26,383 nt of DNA from Dubosiella newyorkensis (GTDB lineage: Bacteria; Bacillota_I; Bacilli_A; Erysipelotrichales; Erysipelotrichaceae): NCBI RefSeq assembly GCF_001945605.1, contig NZ_MPKA01000082.1, forward strand, positions 1 to 26,383, in the 5' to 3' direction. Positions 8,343 through 17,707 of this stretch are shown piece by piece. How positions within the stretch are numbered: position 1 is the first letter of the stretch; the number at the start of each line of letters is the position of its first letter. The translations under genes and the position numbers were made by a program. The notes under the pieces were generated by a model, which saw only the letters and a program-made list of their open reading frames with translations, did no database searches and was not told the DNA's origin.

Positions 8343-9089
8343 ATGAAATTTTTAACTTGGAATGTGAATGGGATCCGCGCCATCCAAAAAAAAGGATTCG
8401 AGGAAATCATTTCAATTTTGGATCCAGATTTCGTATGTCTTCAAGAAACAAAAGCGCAGCCTGAACAGATCGATCTTGAGGATTTTTATCCTTACGAATA
8501 TATCAATAGTGCTAAGAAAAAAGGGTACAGCGGTACGATGATCATGAGTTATGACGAGCCACTGAATGTTTTTTATGGAATCGGACAAGAGGAACACGAT
8601 CAAGAAGGCCGCGTGATCACGCTCGAATACGAGAACTATTATTTGATCAATGTTTATATCCCAAATGCAGGCGAGAACCTAAAACGTCTTGAATATCGAA
8701 AAGAGTGGGATATAGCGTTTGGAAAGTATATTAAAAGTTTGGACAAGCCAATCTTATTGTGCGGTGATTTTAACGTTGCGATCCACGAAATCGATGTCTA
8801 TGATCCAAACGCCGCGCAAGGACATGGCGGATATACCGATGAAGAAAGACAAGGATTTCAAAAAAACTTGCTTTCGGATCTTGTTGATATTTATCGACTC
8901 AAACATCCTGAAGAAAGGAAATATACATGGTGGTCGTATTATGAAAGAGGTCGCGAGCGCGGAGAGGGATGGAGGATCGATTATTGGCTCATCTCTCCTT
9001 CTTTAGTGGATAAGGTTCGTTCCGTTATGATCCTTGACGATATTTATGGGAGCGATCATTGCCCAGTATTATTGGATATTGACTTATAA
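8343..9089 (+). CDS. xth: Exodeoxyribonuclease III (ExoA/Xth AP endonuclease)
   Basis: MKFLTWNVNGIRA...CLQETK...CGDFNV...GSDHCPV are the canonical EEP/ExoIII motifs. The track start at 8277 (GTG) adds 22 non-homologous residues. Confidence 0.9.
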   Translation: MKFLTWNVNGIRAIQKKGFEEIISILDPDFVCLQETKAQPEQIDLEDFYPYEYINSAKKKGYSGTMIMSYDEPLNVFYGIGQEEHDQEGRVITLEYENYYLINVYIPNAGENLKRLEYRKEWDIAFGKYIKSLDKPILLCGDFNVAIHEIDVYDPNAAQGHGGYTDEERQGFQKNLLSDLVDIYRLKHPEERKYTWWSYYERGRERGEGWRIDYWLISPSLVDKVRSVMILDDIYGSDHCPVLLDIDL

Positions 9090-9111
9090 GATCCTTGAAT
9101 GGATCTTTTTT
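9088..9111 (+). terminator. Rho-independent terminator after xth
   Basis: AGATCC / GGATCT stem (9089-9094 / 9101-9106), TTGAAT loop, T-run 9107-9111. It overlaps the xth stop codon. Confidence 0.65.
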
Positions 9112-9154
9112 GATGGATATAAAACAGAATTTCTGAATTAGCGAAAGAATGATG

Positions 9155-9183
9155 TTGTATTCAAACCAAGGATTATGTATGAT
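9155..9183 (+). promoter_or_regulatory. Candidate promoter of the ruvA-ruvB(-recJ-apt-relA) cluster
   Basis: TTGTAT (9155-9160), 17-nt spacer, TATGAT (9178-9183). Confidence 0.45.
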
Positions 9184-9209
9184 GAGAACATATTTTATGA
9201 GGAGAGACT

Positions 9210-9791
9210 ATGATTGCTTTTTTAGATGGAATCGTAAAATTGATAAGAAAAAATTCAATCGTGTTGGATGTGCATGGCGTAGGCTATGAAGTATATGTCG
9301 CCACTCCACATACGTTTGTCAAAGATGATGCTATCTTTTTATATACTTATCATCAAATTCGTGAAGAGTCTCAGCTCCTTTTTGGCTTCAAAAATGAATT
9401 GGATCTGCAGATCTTTGAACGTCTCTTGAACGTTAAAGGGATCGGTCCAAAGACGATCATGAATATGATGAGTAAAAAAACAGGAGATGAGATCGTACAA
9501 GCGATCGAAACCCAGGATGTGAAATTGTTAAAATCGCTTCCAGGAATTGGGCCTAAAAGCGCAAGTCAGATCGTTCTCGATCTAAAAGGTCAATTGGTCG
9601 CCTATCGAACGCAAGTTCAAGAAGATAAGCATCCGATCTGGCAACAGACAGAAGAAGCGCTTATCGCACTCGGTTATAAAAGCGCACAGCTTTCGTCGAT
9701 CAAACGTGAAATGATCAAACACAATGATTGGTCGGTCGATGAAATGCTTAGACGATCACTCATGATGATCGCACAAGAAAAGGGGATATAA
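9210..9791 (+). CDS. ruvA: Holliday junction branch migration complex subunit RuvA
   Basis: MIAFLDGIV...VGYEV (OB domain), two HhH motifs (VKGIGPKT, LPGIGPKSA) and a C-terminal domain III. SD is GAGGAGAG. Confidence 0.9.
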   Translation: MIAFLDGIVKLIRKNSIVLDVHGVGYEVYVATPHTFVKDDAIFLYTYHQIREESQLLFGFKNELDLQIFERLLNVKGIGPKTIMNMMSKKTGDEIVQAIETQDVKLLKSLPGIGPKSASQIVLDLKGQLVAYRTQVQEDKHPIWQQTEEALIALGYKSAQLSSIKREMIKHNDWSVDEMLRRSLMMIAQEKGI

Positions 9792-9794
9792 ACG

Positions 9795-10796
9795 ATGAAC
9801 GATCGAATCATGGATGCCCATGAACAGGCACAAGACAATATAGAAGCGTCTTTACGTCCTCTTTCGCTGGACGAATATATAGGACAGCAAGGACTCAAAG
9901 AGAATTTACGTGTTTTTATCCATGCTGCTAAATCAAGAAACGAAGCATTGGATCACGTGTTGTTTTATGGTCCGCCAGGACTCGGAAAAACGACACTTGC
10001 GAATATTTTAGCCAATGAAATGGGAGGGCACTTAAGAACAGCTAGCGGCCCCTCGATCGAAAAGACAGGCGATCTAGCCGCAATATTGAGCACTTTAGAA
10101 GCAGGAGATGTCTTGTTTATTGACGAGATCCACCGCCTTTCTAAACAAGTCGAAGAAGTGCTATACCCAGCTATGGAAGATTATTGCCTCGATATCATCG
10201 TGGGAAAAGATACGGGATCGGTTCATAGTATCCGTCTAGCGCTTCCTCCTTTTACATTGGTAGGCGCAACCACTCGAGCCGGCTCCTTGAGCGCCCCTCT
10301 TCGTGATCGGTTTGGGATCATTTCACAGCTTGAGTATTATAACTTGTCGGATCTAAAGAAAATCGTATCGAGAACAGCCCGTGTCATGAACACGGAGTGC
10401 GAGCCAGAAGCGATCGAAGAGATCGCTCTTCGTTCAAGAGGAACGCCTCGAATCGCGAATCGCGTCTTTCGAAGAGTTCGCGATTTTGCTCAAGTCTACA
10501 ATGAAGGCGTGATTTCTTTGGAAGTAGCAAAAGACGCATTGGATAAACTGCAATTCGATTCGCTTGGACTCGACGCGGTCGATCACAAATATTTAAGAGG
10601 GATCATTGAACGCTTTCATGGTGGCCCGGTGGGTCTTGAAGCGCTCGCCAACAGCATAGGGGAAGAAGCGATGACGATCGAAGATGTATACGAACCATAT
10701 TTGCTGCAGATCGGATTCATCAATCGAACGAGCCGCGGACGTATTGCTACCGAAAAGGCCTATCGACATTTAAAGATCGACTATCCGAAAGAATAA
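9795..10796 (+). CDS. ruvB: Holliday junction DNA helicase RuvB
   Basis: Walker [10 protein letters not shown], Walker B LFIDEIH, sensor and arginine-finger regions, winged-helix C-terminus. It starts 3 nt after the ruvA stop. Confidence 0.95.
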   Translation: MNDRIMDAHEQAQDNIEASLRPLSLDEYIGQQGLKENLRVFIHAAKSRNEALDHVLFYGPPGLGKTTLANILANEMGGHLRTASGPSIEKTGDLAAILSTLEAGDVLFIDEIHRLSKQVEEVLYPAMEDYCLDIIVGKDTGSVHSIRLALPPFTLVGATTRAGSLSAPLRDRFGIISQLEYYNLSDLKKIVSRTARVMNTECEPEAIEEIALRSRGTPRIANRVFRRVRDFAQVYNEGVISLEVAKDALDKLQFDSLGLDAVDHKYLRGIIERFHGGPVGLEALANSIGEEAMTIEDVYEPYLLQIGFINRTSRGRIATEKAYRHLKIDYPKE

Positions 10797-10802
10797 GGTA
10801 TA

Positions 10803-12365
10803 ATGGGCTTTATGACAAAATTATCGAATCTAGCACAGCAAGTGTTGAATACTTTAGAGCCTGATCTTGAAAAACAAGAAAAGTGGCTCGAGCATAATGA
10901 ACTTTATTCATGTTCCGAAAGCGCAGAAATGCTTTCTTTTCGAGAAGTGATCGAACAAGCGAAAGAAGAAGGGCAAAAGATCTTTGTGGCAGGGGATTAT
11001 GATTGTGATGGCATCATGGCCACTACGATCATGGTCGATGGACTCCGTAAATTTGGGTGCACAGTCGGTTTTTATATTCCAGATCGGATCAAAGAAGGTT
11101 ATGGTTTGAATACCGCGACCATCGAGCAAGCCTATCAAAAAGGCTATACTATTTTGGTTACTGTCGACAATGGGGTAAAAGCGCAGGACGCTCTTGACCT
11201 AGCTGCATCCTATGGGATGACGACGATCGTTACCGACCATCATACGATCGAGCATGAGATCGATTGCGATATCTTGATCCATCCAAATTATTTGGAAGAG
11301 CAATTTTCAACGCTTTGCGGGGCAGGGATCGCTTTTGAGTGTGTCCGATCATTAGGCACAGATAATTCATATCATCTTTTGTTGGCGGCCATTGCCAGTG
11401 TGGGAGATGTGATGCCTGTGATCAAGCAAACTAGAAGGATCATTCAGCAAGGGATCCAATTGCTCAACGAGAAAAGAGAAATGCATATTAGTCCTTTTAT
11501 CAAAGACTCCAAGGTCAATGAAGTCACTCTTTCTTTTCAAGTGGTTCCTAAGATCAATGCGGTAGGCCGGCTTTGCAATATGGCGAATGTGAATAATGTC
11601 GTTCGCTATCTTCTCTCAGAAGACCCTGTGGAGGTCAGCAAGCTTCATAAGCAGATCGAGGAAATCAACGATCGAAGAAAGAAGATCTCTGATCAAATGT
11701 GTAATTATGCGATGAATATGGTTCATCCTGAAGATAAAGTGATCTTGATCCAAAGCCCAGGTTTTCATGAAGGAATCATTGGACTTGTCGCAGGCAAGAT
11801 CTGTGCAACGTACGATAAACCGGTGATCGTAGGGGCCCAAAATGTCGATGGCTACAAATTGAGCATGCGCTCTCCTAAAGGATTCCATTGTATGGATTTT
11901 TTGGGGGATTTCGAAGAGTTTAGTGCGATCGGTGGACATGAACAGGCAGCAGGCTTTTCGATCGATCTAGAGGCGTTTGGTCGGTTCGTGCAATATGTAA
12001 AGACGAAAAGCGCGAATTATTCTTGGAAAAAACAAGAAGAAAGCTCGATCTTGATCGATCCTTCTATGATCTGTATCGAAGACATTGAAAGCTTAGACGC
12101 TCTTCGGCCTTTTGGCCCCGCTTTCAAGCTTCCTATGTTTAAAATGGAGCATCCAAAAATCAAAACGTACTACGACTTTCAAAACCATAAACATCGGCGC
12201 TATACGCTGGATTCAGGCTTGACTTGTATGTACTTTAATCAGCCGCTTTTAAATGTAAAATTGAGCGTCAATAAGATCCAAGCCTTTGAAGGACAAGTGC
12301 AGATCAGCGAGTATCAAGGACGCAGACAGCCTAATTTTATGATTGAAAAAATAAACTATGAATAG
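10803..12365 (+). CDS. recJ: Single-stranded-DNA-specific exonuclease RecJ
   Basis: DHH family motifs (GDYDCDG, TVDNG, VTDHH) and DHHA1 GGHEQAAG. The start is uncertain (ATG 10803 or 10812) because both have weak SDs. Confidence 0.9.
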   Translation: MGFMTKLSNLAQQVLNTLEPDLEKQEKWLEHNELYSCSESAEMLSFREVIEQAKEEGQKIFVAGDYDCDGIMATTIMVDGLRKFGCTVGFYIPDRIKEGYGLNTATIEQAYQKGYTILVTVDNGVKAQDALDLAASYGMTTIVTDHHTIEHEIDCDILIHPNYLEEQFSTLCGAGIAFECVRSLGTDNSYHLLLAAIASVGDVMPVIKQTRRIIQQGIQLLNEKREMHISPFIKDSKVNEVTLSFQVVPKINAVGRLCNMANVNNVVRYLLSEDPVEVSKLHKQIEEINDRRKKISDQMCNYAMNMVHPEDKVILIQSPGFHEGIIGLVAGKICATYDKPVIVGAQNVDGYKLSMRSPKGFHCMDFLGDFEEFSAIGGHEQAAGFSIDLEAFGRFVQYVKTKSANYSWKKQEESSILIDPSMICIEDIESLDALRPFGPAFKLPMFKMEHPKIKTYYDFQNHKHRRYTLDSGLTCMYFNQPLLNVKLSVNKIQAFEGQVQISEYQGRRQPNFMIEKINYE

Positions 12366-12405
12366 GTATAATAAATTGTAATCCAATAGAAAGAGGACGT
12401 ATTGA

Positions 12406-12927
12406 ATGAATTTAAAAGACAAGATCGCAAGCATTCCTGATTTTCCAAAAAAAGGGATCATGTTTCGAGATATAACACCGATCTTAGCGGATCCACAAGC
12501 GATGAACTACACGACAGAGCAAATTGCCGATTTTGCCAAAAAGGTAAATGCGGATCTGATCGTTGCTCCAGAAGCAAGAGGCTTTTTCTTCGGGACACCA
12601 GCGGCTATGGAAGCCAATATTGGTTTTGCTCCCGTACGAAAGCCTGGAAAGCTTCCAAGGGAAACGATATCAGCGACATACGAGCTAGAATATGGAAGCG
12701 ATGAGCTGCAGATGCATGCGGACGCGATCCATAAAGGACAAAGAGTGTTAATCGTGGATGATCTTCTTGCGACAGGCGGAACGGTCGAAGCGATCCAAAA
12801 ACTCGTTGAACAACAAGGAGCAAAAGTTGTCGGCTTCGCGTTCGTGATCGAGCTCGATGACTTGAAAGGAAGAGATCGATTCAAAGACATTCCTGTCTTT
12901 TCTCTCACGCATTACAAAGGCGAATAA
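12406..12927 (+). CDS. apt: Adenine phosphoribosyltransferase
   Basis: 173 aa with the PRPP-binding loop VLIVDDLLATGGT and the typical Apt N-terminus (IPDFPKKGIMFRDITP). Confidence 0.95.
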   Translation: MNLKDKIASIPDFPKKGIMFRDITPILADPQAMNYTTEQIADFAKKVNADLIVAPEARGFFFGTPAAMEANIGFAPVRKPGKLPRETISATYELEYGSDELQMHADAIHKGQRVLIVDDLLATGGTVEAIQKLVEQQGAKVVGFAFVIELDDLKGRDRFKDIPVFSLTHYKGE

Positions 12928-12947
12928 GCAAATAGAAAGGGGCGTTT

Positions 12948-15152
12948 ATGAGTGTAAAAGGTGAAGTCACATTTGAAGAGTGCAAAGAAAACATCAAAAC
13001 CTATATAAAGCGCCCAGAAAATCTAGATTTGATCCAAAGGGCTTACGAGTTTGCTCATGAACATCATAAAGGACAGTTTCGAAAAAGCGGTGCACCTTAT
13101 GAAGTTCATGTGATCCAAGTTGCGAACACCCTTGCGACACTTCGGTGTGGACCTAAAACGATCGCAGCAGGCTTGCTGCATGATACTGTGGAAGATTGTG
13201 AAGGCGTGGACCATGATGTGATTGCAGCGAATTTTGGAGAAGAGATCGCCGTCATCGTAGATGCGGTCACAAAGATCAGAGCGATCAAATTCAAAGATGA
13301 AAAAGAATATCTGGCTAGCAATCATAGAAAACTCTTTATTGCTCTTGCCAAAGATATCCGCGTTATCCTTGTTAAACTCGCGGATCGTCTGCATAACATG
13401 CGGACATTAGAATTCATGCCTGAAGCGAAACAGAAAAAGATCGCATCCGAGACACTTCAAGTGTATGCGCCGATCGCGCACCGTCTTGGTATTTCGCAAG
13501 TGAAAAACGAGCTCGAAGATCTTTCTTTCAAATATTTATATCCTGAAAAATACGAGCAGATCAAAAGACTTGTCCGGCAAAGAGAGAGCGATCGAAACGA
13601 ACAAGTGCAGGAAATGATCGCGGATATTGAAAAGATCTTAAAAATGTATTCGATCCCTTATCGTATTTTTGGCCGTTCGAAGCATTTTTACAGTATCTAT
13701 AAAAAGATGAAGACAAAAAACAAGCGCTTTGAAGAGATCCTTGATTTGCAGGCCATCCGTATCGTCACGGATTCTGAAGTCCATTGCTATGAGATCCTTG
13801 GGTATATCCATGCGAAATATCGGCCGATCCCTGGTCGCTTTAAAGATTATATCGCTATGCCAAAAGCCAATATGTATCAATCGCTGCATACGACAATCGT
13901 TGATCCAGATACAGGACATATCTTTGAGATCCAGATCCGCACAGAACAAATGGATGCGGTAGCCGAGCAAGGTGTCGCTGCGCATTGGAAATATAAAGAG
14001 CGCCCTGGCGTAAATACTGAAATCGAGCAAAAAGAAATCGAAGACAAGCTTTCTTGGTTCCGTGATTTTTCGATGATGACGGACGAGGAAAGCGAAGACC
14101 CTTTGGAATATATGAATGTGCTTCAAAAAGATATTTTTGAAGCCAATGTCTACTGCATGTCTCCTCGCGGAAAGATCATCGCTTTGCCACCAGGTTCAAC
14201 GCCGATCGATTTTGCGTATCGGATCCATACAGAAGTTGGGCATAAAACAGTCGGGGCTACAGTCAATGGAGCGATCGTTCCGCTCAATACCCAATTGAAA
14301 ACGGGAGATGTCGTGGATATATTGACAAGCAATCATTCGAATGGGCCAAGCAAAGACTGGATCAAAATTGTCAAATCAGGCCATGCGCGAAATAAGATCC
14401 GCGCGTTCTTGCAGAAACAGGAACACCAAAACCGCAAAGAGCTTATCAAAAAAGGCGAGGCGGATCTTGCTGAAGAATTCAAGCGCTTAAAGATCGATGA
14501 CTCGAAACGATCGGTGAAAAGATTAGAGTCGATCTTGCAGACACTTTCTTTTAAAACGGTCGATGATCTATATATTGGGATCGCGAATCGCAGAGTATCG
14601 CTGCAATCAGTCGTAGATCGTCTTGTAAAAAGAAATGGCAATGTGAGCGATGATGAAATCGTCAAGATCTTCAATAAAAACAACGAGAAGAGTGCCAAGA
14701 CGAATAGCTGTGGCGTAATTGTCCCGGGAATTGAGACGATCGCTGTTTCTTTGGCGAATTGCTGTTCACCGATACCACAGGATACGATCGTGGGCTATAT
14801 TTCCAAAGGACAAGGCGTTAAAGTCCACCGATCAGATTGCCCGAATATCGCTCATGAAACGAAGCGATTGATTCCGGTACAATGGGTCGAAGATCAAGAC
14901 GATACAAAGGTCTACGAAGTCAAGCTTGTTGTCTTTTCGGATGATCGAAATTATTTGCTGAGCGATATCGTCACGATTTTACAACAGTCCAAAGCTTATT
15001 TAAAACATGTCGATTCTGCTGTCGACGATAATCTTTTGACCGCGACTACCAAACTGACGATCGGAGTTCATAATGCCGATCATTTGCAGACGGTCATTTC
15101 AAATTTAAAAAAAGTTCGTTCTGTCAACGAAGTACAGCGTACGATTCAATAA
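12948..15152 (+). CDS. relA: Bifunctional (p)ppGpp synthetase/hydrolase (RSH, RelA/SpoT family)
   Basis: 734 aa. It has an HD hydrolase domain (HDTVED), a synthetase domain (YQSLHTTI, EIQIRT), TGS, a Cys-rich ZFD (CCSPIP...HRSDCPN) and an ACT/RRM C-terminus. Confidence 0.95.
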   Translation: MSVKGEVTFEECKENIKTYIKRPENLDLIQRAYEFAHEHHKGQFRKSGAPYEVHVIQVANTLATLRCGPKTIAAGLLHDTVEDCEGVDHDVIAANFGEEIAVIVDAVTKIRAIKFKDEKEYLASNHRKLFIALAKDIRVILVKLADRLHNMRTLEFMPEAKQKKIASETLQVYAPIAHRLGISQVKNELEDLSFKYLYPEKYEQIKRLVRQRESDRNEQVQEMIADIEKILKMYSIPYRIFGRSKHFYSIYKKMKTKNKRFEEILDLQAIRIVTDSEVHCYEILGYIHAKYRPIPGRFKDYIAMPKANMYQSLHTTIVDPDTGHIFEIQIRTEQMDAVAEQGVAAHWKYKERPGVNTEIEQKEIEDKLSWFRDFSMMTDEESEDPLEYMNVLQKDIFEANVYCMSPRGKIIALPPGSTPIDFAYRIHTEVGHKTVGATVNGAIVPLNTQLKTGDVVDILTSNHSNGPSKDWIKIVKSGHARNKIRAFLQKQEHQNRKELIKKGEADLAEEFKRLKIDDSKRSVKRLESILQTLSFKTVDDLYIGIANRRVSLQSVVDRLVKRNGNVSDDEIVKIFNKNNEKSAKTNSCGVIVPGIETIAVSLANCCSPIPQDTIVGYISKGQGVKVHRSDCPNIAHETKRLIPVQWVEDQDDTKVYEVKLVVFSDDRNYLLSDIVTILQQSKAYLKHVDSAVDDNLLTATTKLTIGVHNADHLQTVISNLKKVRSVNEVQRTIQ

Positions 15153-15153
15153 A

Positions 15154-15195
15154 GGACACGTATAGAGTCAAACTATACGTGTCCATTTCTTTTTG
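15154..15195 (+). terminator. Rho-independent terminator after relA, overlapping the 3' end of the convergent DUF218 gene
   Basis: 12-bp stem GGACACGTATAG / CTATACGTGTCC (15154-15165 / 15173-15184) followed by ATTTCTTTTT. Confidence 0.8.
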
Positions 15196-15731
15196 ATCTC
15201 GAATTGAATATACACGAGTCGAGAAAGGAACTCGCGCCATTTATGTTTCCAAGATCGGTCTTTATACGTCCATAAAACAGGGTGCTTGAAAAATTGCCGA
15301 GCGAGCGCATTGGCTCGTGAAGCGTGAACAGAGGAAGTAAGGATTAAAATCGAATTTGTATCTATGAGTTCTTTGGTGAATTTCATATTTTCATATGTGT
15401 TCTTCGCATGAGGTTCTAGAATCATAGGAATATCGCAGCGAGCCTGAATATATTTCTTCATTTGCTCCGCCTCTATCCATTTATTTTTGACAGCTCCTCC
15501 ACTAATAATTAATACTTGGTATTTGTTTTGCCGATAGGCTTCAATCGCCAATTCGCAGCGGTTTTTTTGCGAAGTTGAATAGGAGCCATCGTCTTTGCTT
15601 GGGCATCCAAGCAATAAAGCATATTGAAGAGGCTTCGCTGGCTTTTTAGGGATCCTAAAAAAATAGAAATAGGTTAAGAGGCAAGCCAAGCTGCTGAAGA
15701 TCAGTAATTTTGAGGTGAATTTAGAGAACAT
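15168..15731 (-). CDS. YdcF/SanA-like DUF218 family protein with N-terminal membrane anchor
   Basis: 187 aa. Hydrophobic N-terminus (LLIFSSLACLLTYFYFF) and DUF218 hallmarks (LLLGCPS, IISGGAV, EPHAKNTYEN, ILTSSVHASRA). Confidence 0.75.
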   Translation of the reverse strand: MFSKFTSKLLIFSSLACLLTYFYFFRIPKKPAKPLQYALLLGCPSKDDGSYSTSQKNRCELAIEAYRQNKYQVLIISGGAVKNKWIEAEQMKKYIQARCDIPMILEPHAKNTYENMKFTKELIDTNSILILTSSVHASRANALARQFFKHPVLWTYKDRSWKHKWREFLSRLVYIQFEIKKKWTRIV

Positions 15732-16737
15732 AGATCGTATCCTTTATATTTTGTTCCATAATGCTTTCGTACAAAAATTTACTTTTGAGATGGACGCGTT
15801 TTAAAAATGGCGGCAGAGCCCGAAATCGGGTATATACTCTCGATCGATCGATTTCTTTCAAATATTGTCGGCCGTGCCCATTGAATCCTAAAACGATCGC
15901 GCAAGAAAAGTGATCATGATTCTTCATCTCTTGTTTTTCGATCTGAAGCATAATGAAGAGACAAACGCGTTGGATCCTTGCTCGCGTATAGGTTTTAGAG
16001 ATCGTTCGAGATAAAAAACCTTCCCAAGTTCTTTCTTTTTTTGCGGCTTCGACCAACCGATACTCGATTCCTTCGCTTACTAGAAAATATTGCTCGATCT
16101 TGCTTGGATCGCTCATTAAAAGAAAAAGGCGAAGGTAAGGATAATACGAAGACCATTGCTGATTTAGGATAAAATACTCAGAAAGAAACTCGTTCGTTCG
16201 CTTTTCGAAATAATCTTTACGGGTTTGCGTAGCGCTTTTAAACTGGGCGGATCGTTTGATGCTAAGAGGAATGATCCCGTATTTTTGACAATATTTGATA
16301 TACTGGATTCCTAAAATATCGTTAGGCTGAAGCGCATAGGCTGAATTTTGGGCCCAGCTTTTGGAAGGGTCTTTTTCTTGCGATTCTACCTCATGCAATA
16401 TATTCGTCAAAGTTTCGATCTTATTGGTTTCTGAGCCAAAAACGATCCACTTCACGCCAATACTGGCCAGCGATTCGATCGCGTATTTCGCAAATTGATC
16501 CGCGCTTTGGGCCGCATACACAGCAGGGAGTTCGATCACGAGATCGGCCCCATATTGAATCGCTAATTGACTTTTATGATAGGGATCGATCAAAGAAGGA
16601 AGGGCGCGCTGAGAAAAGTAAGAAGAAAGGATCACAACAAGCACATCGCATCCTGTAATTCGTTTCGCTTCTTGCAGATGGTGGATATGGCCTTGATGCA
16701 TTGGGTTATATTCGACTATGATTCCACAAGCTTTCAT
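15721..16737 (-). CDS. tmcAL: tRNA(Met) cytidine acetate ligase TmcAL (YlbM/UPF0348 nucleotidyltransferase)
   Basis: The N-terminus GIIVEYNPMHQGHIHHL...DLVIELP closely parallels B. subtilis YlbM. It is divergent from yceD-rpmF as in Bacillus and overlaps the downstream DUF218 gene by 11 nt. Confidence 0.8.
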   Translation of the reverse strand: MKACGIIVEYNPMHQGHIHHLQEAKRITGCDVLVVILSSYFSQRALPSLIDPYHKSQLAIQYGADLVIELPAVYAAQSADQFAKYAIESLASIGVKWIVFGSETNKIETLTNILHEVESQEKDPSKSWAQNSAYALQPNDILGIQYIKYCQKYGIIPLSIKRSAQFKSATQTRKDYFEKRTNEFLSEYFILNQQWSSYYPYLRLFLLMSDPSKIEQYFLVSEGIEYRLVEAAKKERTWEGFLSRTISKTYTRARIQRVCLFIMLQIEKQEMKNHDHFSCAIVLGFNGHGRQYLKEIDRSRVYTRFRALPPFLKRVHLKSKFLYESIMEQNIKDTIYVL

Positions 16738-16833
16738 GCATCTATCGTAACAGATTCTTTTGGTTTTTAAAATGGAAAAGACGTGCTATGATGGATAGAA
16801 GAAGTGAAAGCGCATCGAATCATAAAGAACAAG

Positions 16834-16862
16834 TTGACTTTCCTAACTCGTTTCCTTATAAT
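16834..16862 (+). promoter_or_regulatory. Sigma-A type promoter of yceD-rpmF
   Basis: TTGACT (16834-16839), 17-nt spacer, TATAAT (16857-16862). Confidence 0.6.
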
Positions 16863-16888
16863 ATCAGATGCGACATGAGGTGAAAATC

Positions 16889-17407
16889 GTGAAATTTACG
16901 AAAAAAGACTTCTTGAATGCCCATCTAGGAAAGATCCAGATCGATGAGTGGATCGGCATTGAAGAAAACGATTTACTTCATCATACGCAAGTCAAGTCCA
17001 TTCCAAAGGTACATGTTACTGGAGATCTTCAATATGACGGATCCACTCTGGTCTATTCAAACTTGGAATTGGAAGGTGTGATGATCGTTCCGGATTCCAT
17101 AACTTTGGAGGATCTGGAAGTGGAATTTGACACTGAGTCGCATGAGATCTATTCGTTTTCTCCAATCAAGGAGGAAGAAAACGAAGAGGATATCATCGTG
17201 GTGAAAAAGGATACGATCGATATCAATCCGGAAGTCTTCCAAGCTGTGATCTATGAAGCCCCAATGTCGATCACTCGACTCCCAAGGGAACAGTACCCGA
17301 AAGGAAATGGTTGGCAAGTGATCTCGGACCAGGACAAAGTGGAAAAGGAAGACAAGATCGATCCACGATGGGAAAAGCTGAGTGAATTCAAATTGGATGA
17401 TGACTAG
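16889..17407 (+). CDS. yceD: YceD/DUF177 family protein (large-subunit rRNA accumulation protein)
   Basis: Acidic ~172-aa protein immediately upstream of rpmF, with a C-terminal IDPRWEKL motif typical of DUF177. I prefer GTG 16889, which lies 6 nt after the SD GAGGTG. The track ATG at 16868 sits only ~6 nt after the -10 box. Confidence 0.75.
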   Translation: MKFTKKDFLNAHLGKIQIDEWIGIEENDLLHHTQVKSIPKVHVTGDLQYDGSTLVYSNLELEGVMIVPDSITLEDLEVEFDTESHEIYSFSPIKEEENEEDIIVVKKDTIDINPEVFQAVIYEAPMSITRLPREQYPKGNGWQVISDQDKVEKEDKIDPRWEKLSEFKLDDD

Positions 17408-17418
17408 GAGGTGCAGAC

Positions 17419-17589
17419 ATGGCTGTTCAACAAAGAAGAAATTCAAAAACAAGAAAAGCAAAGCGTAGAACTCACTACAAATTGGAGAAACCAACATTGA
17501 CGAAATGCCCAAGCTGTGGTGAATATAAATTAGCGCACAAAATGTGTGAATGCGGAGAATACAACGGCAGACAAGTCGTTGAGAAGTAG
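17419..17589 (+). CDS. rpmF: 50S ribosomal protein L32 (absent from the ORF track because it is shorter than 60 aa)
   Basis: Own translation: [56 protein letters not shown] (56 aa). It has a CxxC...CxC zinc ribbon and the SD AGGAGGTG upstream. Confidence 0.9.
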   Translation: MAVQQRRNSKTRKAKRRTHYKLEKPTLTKCPSCGEYKLAHKMCECGEYNGRQVVEK

Positions 17590-17616
17590 AATGTATTTTG
17601 ATACATTCTTTTTTTT
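17589..17616 (+). terminator. Rho-independent terminator after rpmF
   Basis: GAATGTAT / ATACATTC stem (17589-17596 / 17601-17608), then 8 T. Confidence 0.75.
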
Positions 17617-17642
17617 GTGCATAAGTGCAAATTTTAGAGATA

Positions 17643-17671
17643 TAGACAAGATAGAATTACGGGAGTATAAT
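17643..17671 (+). promoter_or_regulatory. Candidate promoter of rny
   Basis: TAGACA (17643-17648), 17-nt spacer, TATAAT (17666-17671). Confidence 0.5.
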
Positions 17672-17707
17672 GAATATGCTTTACGGAATCGAAAGACAAG
17701 GAGGGAA

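Noticed and set aside
8123-8464. 113-aa ORF with an AAGGAAAG SD-like sequence that fills the yitT-xth gap.
   Set aside because: It overlaps the homology-supported xth CDS out of frame by ~120 nt. It has no recognisable motifs and an unremarkable composition. It is kept only as a possibility within the xth-leader finding.
12507-12908. 133-aa and 72-aa minus-strand ORFs inside apt.
   Set aside because: They are antisense to a clearly identified apt gene and have low-complexity Ser/Ala/Pro-rich translations. They are typical shadow ORFs. The same applies to 7348-7713 (in yitT), 13023-13394, 13638-14126 and 14333-14698 (in relA), 17057-17512 and 17530-17991 (yceD/rny region), 23606-23980 and 24176-24676 (in ftsK), and 21797-22578 (in rnj).
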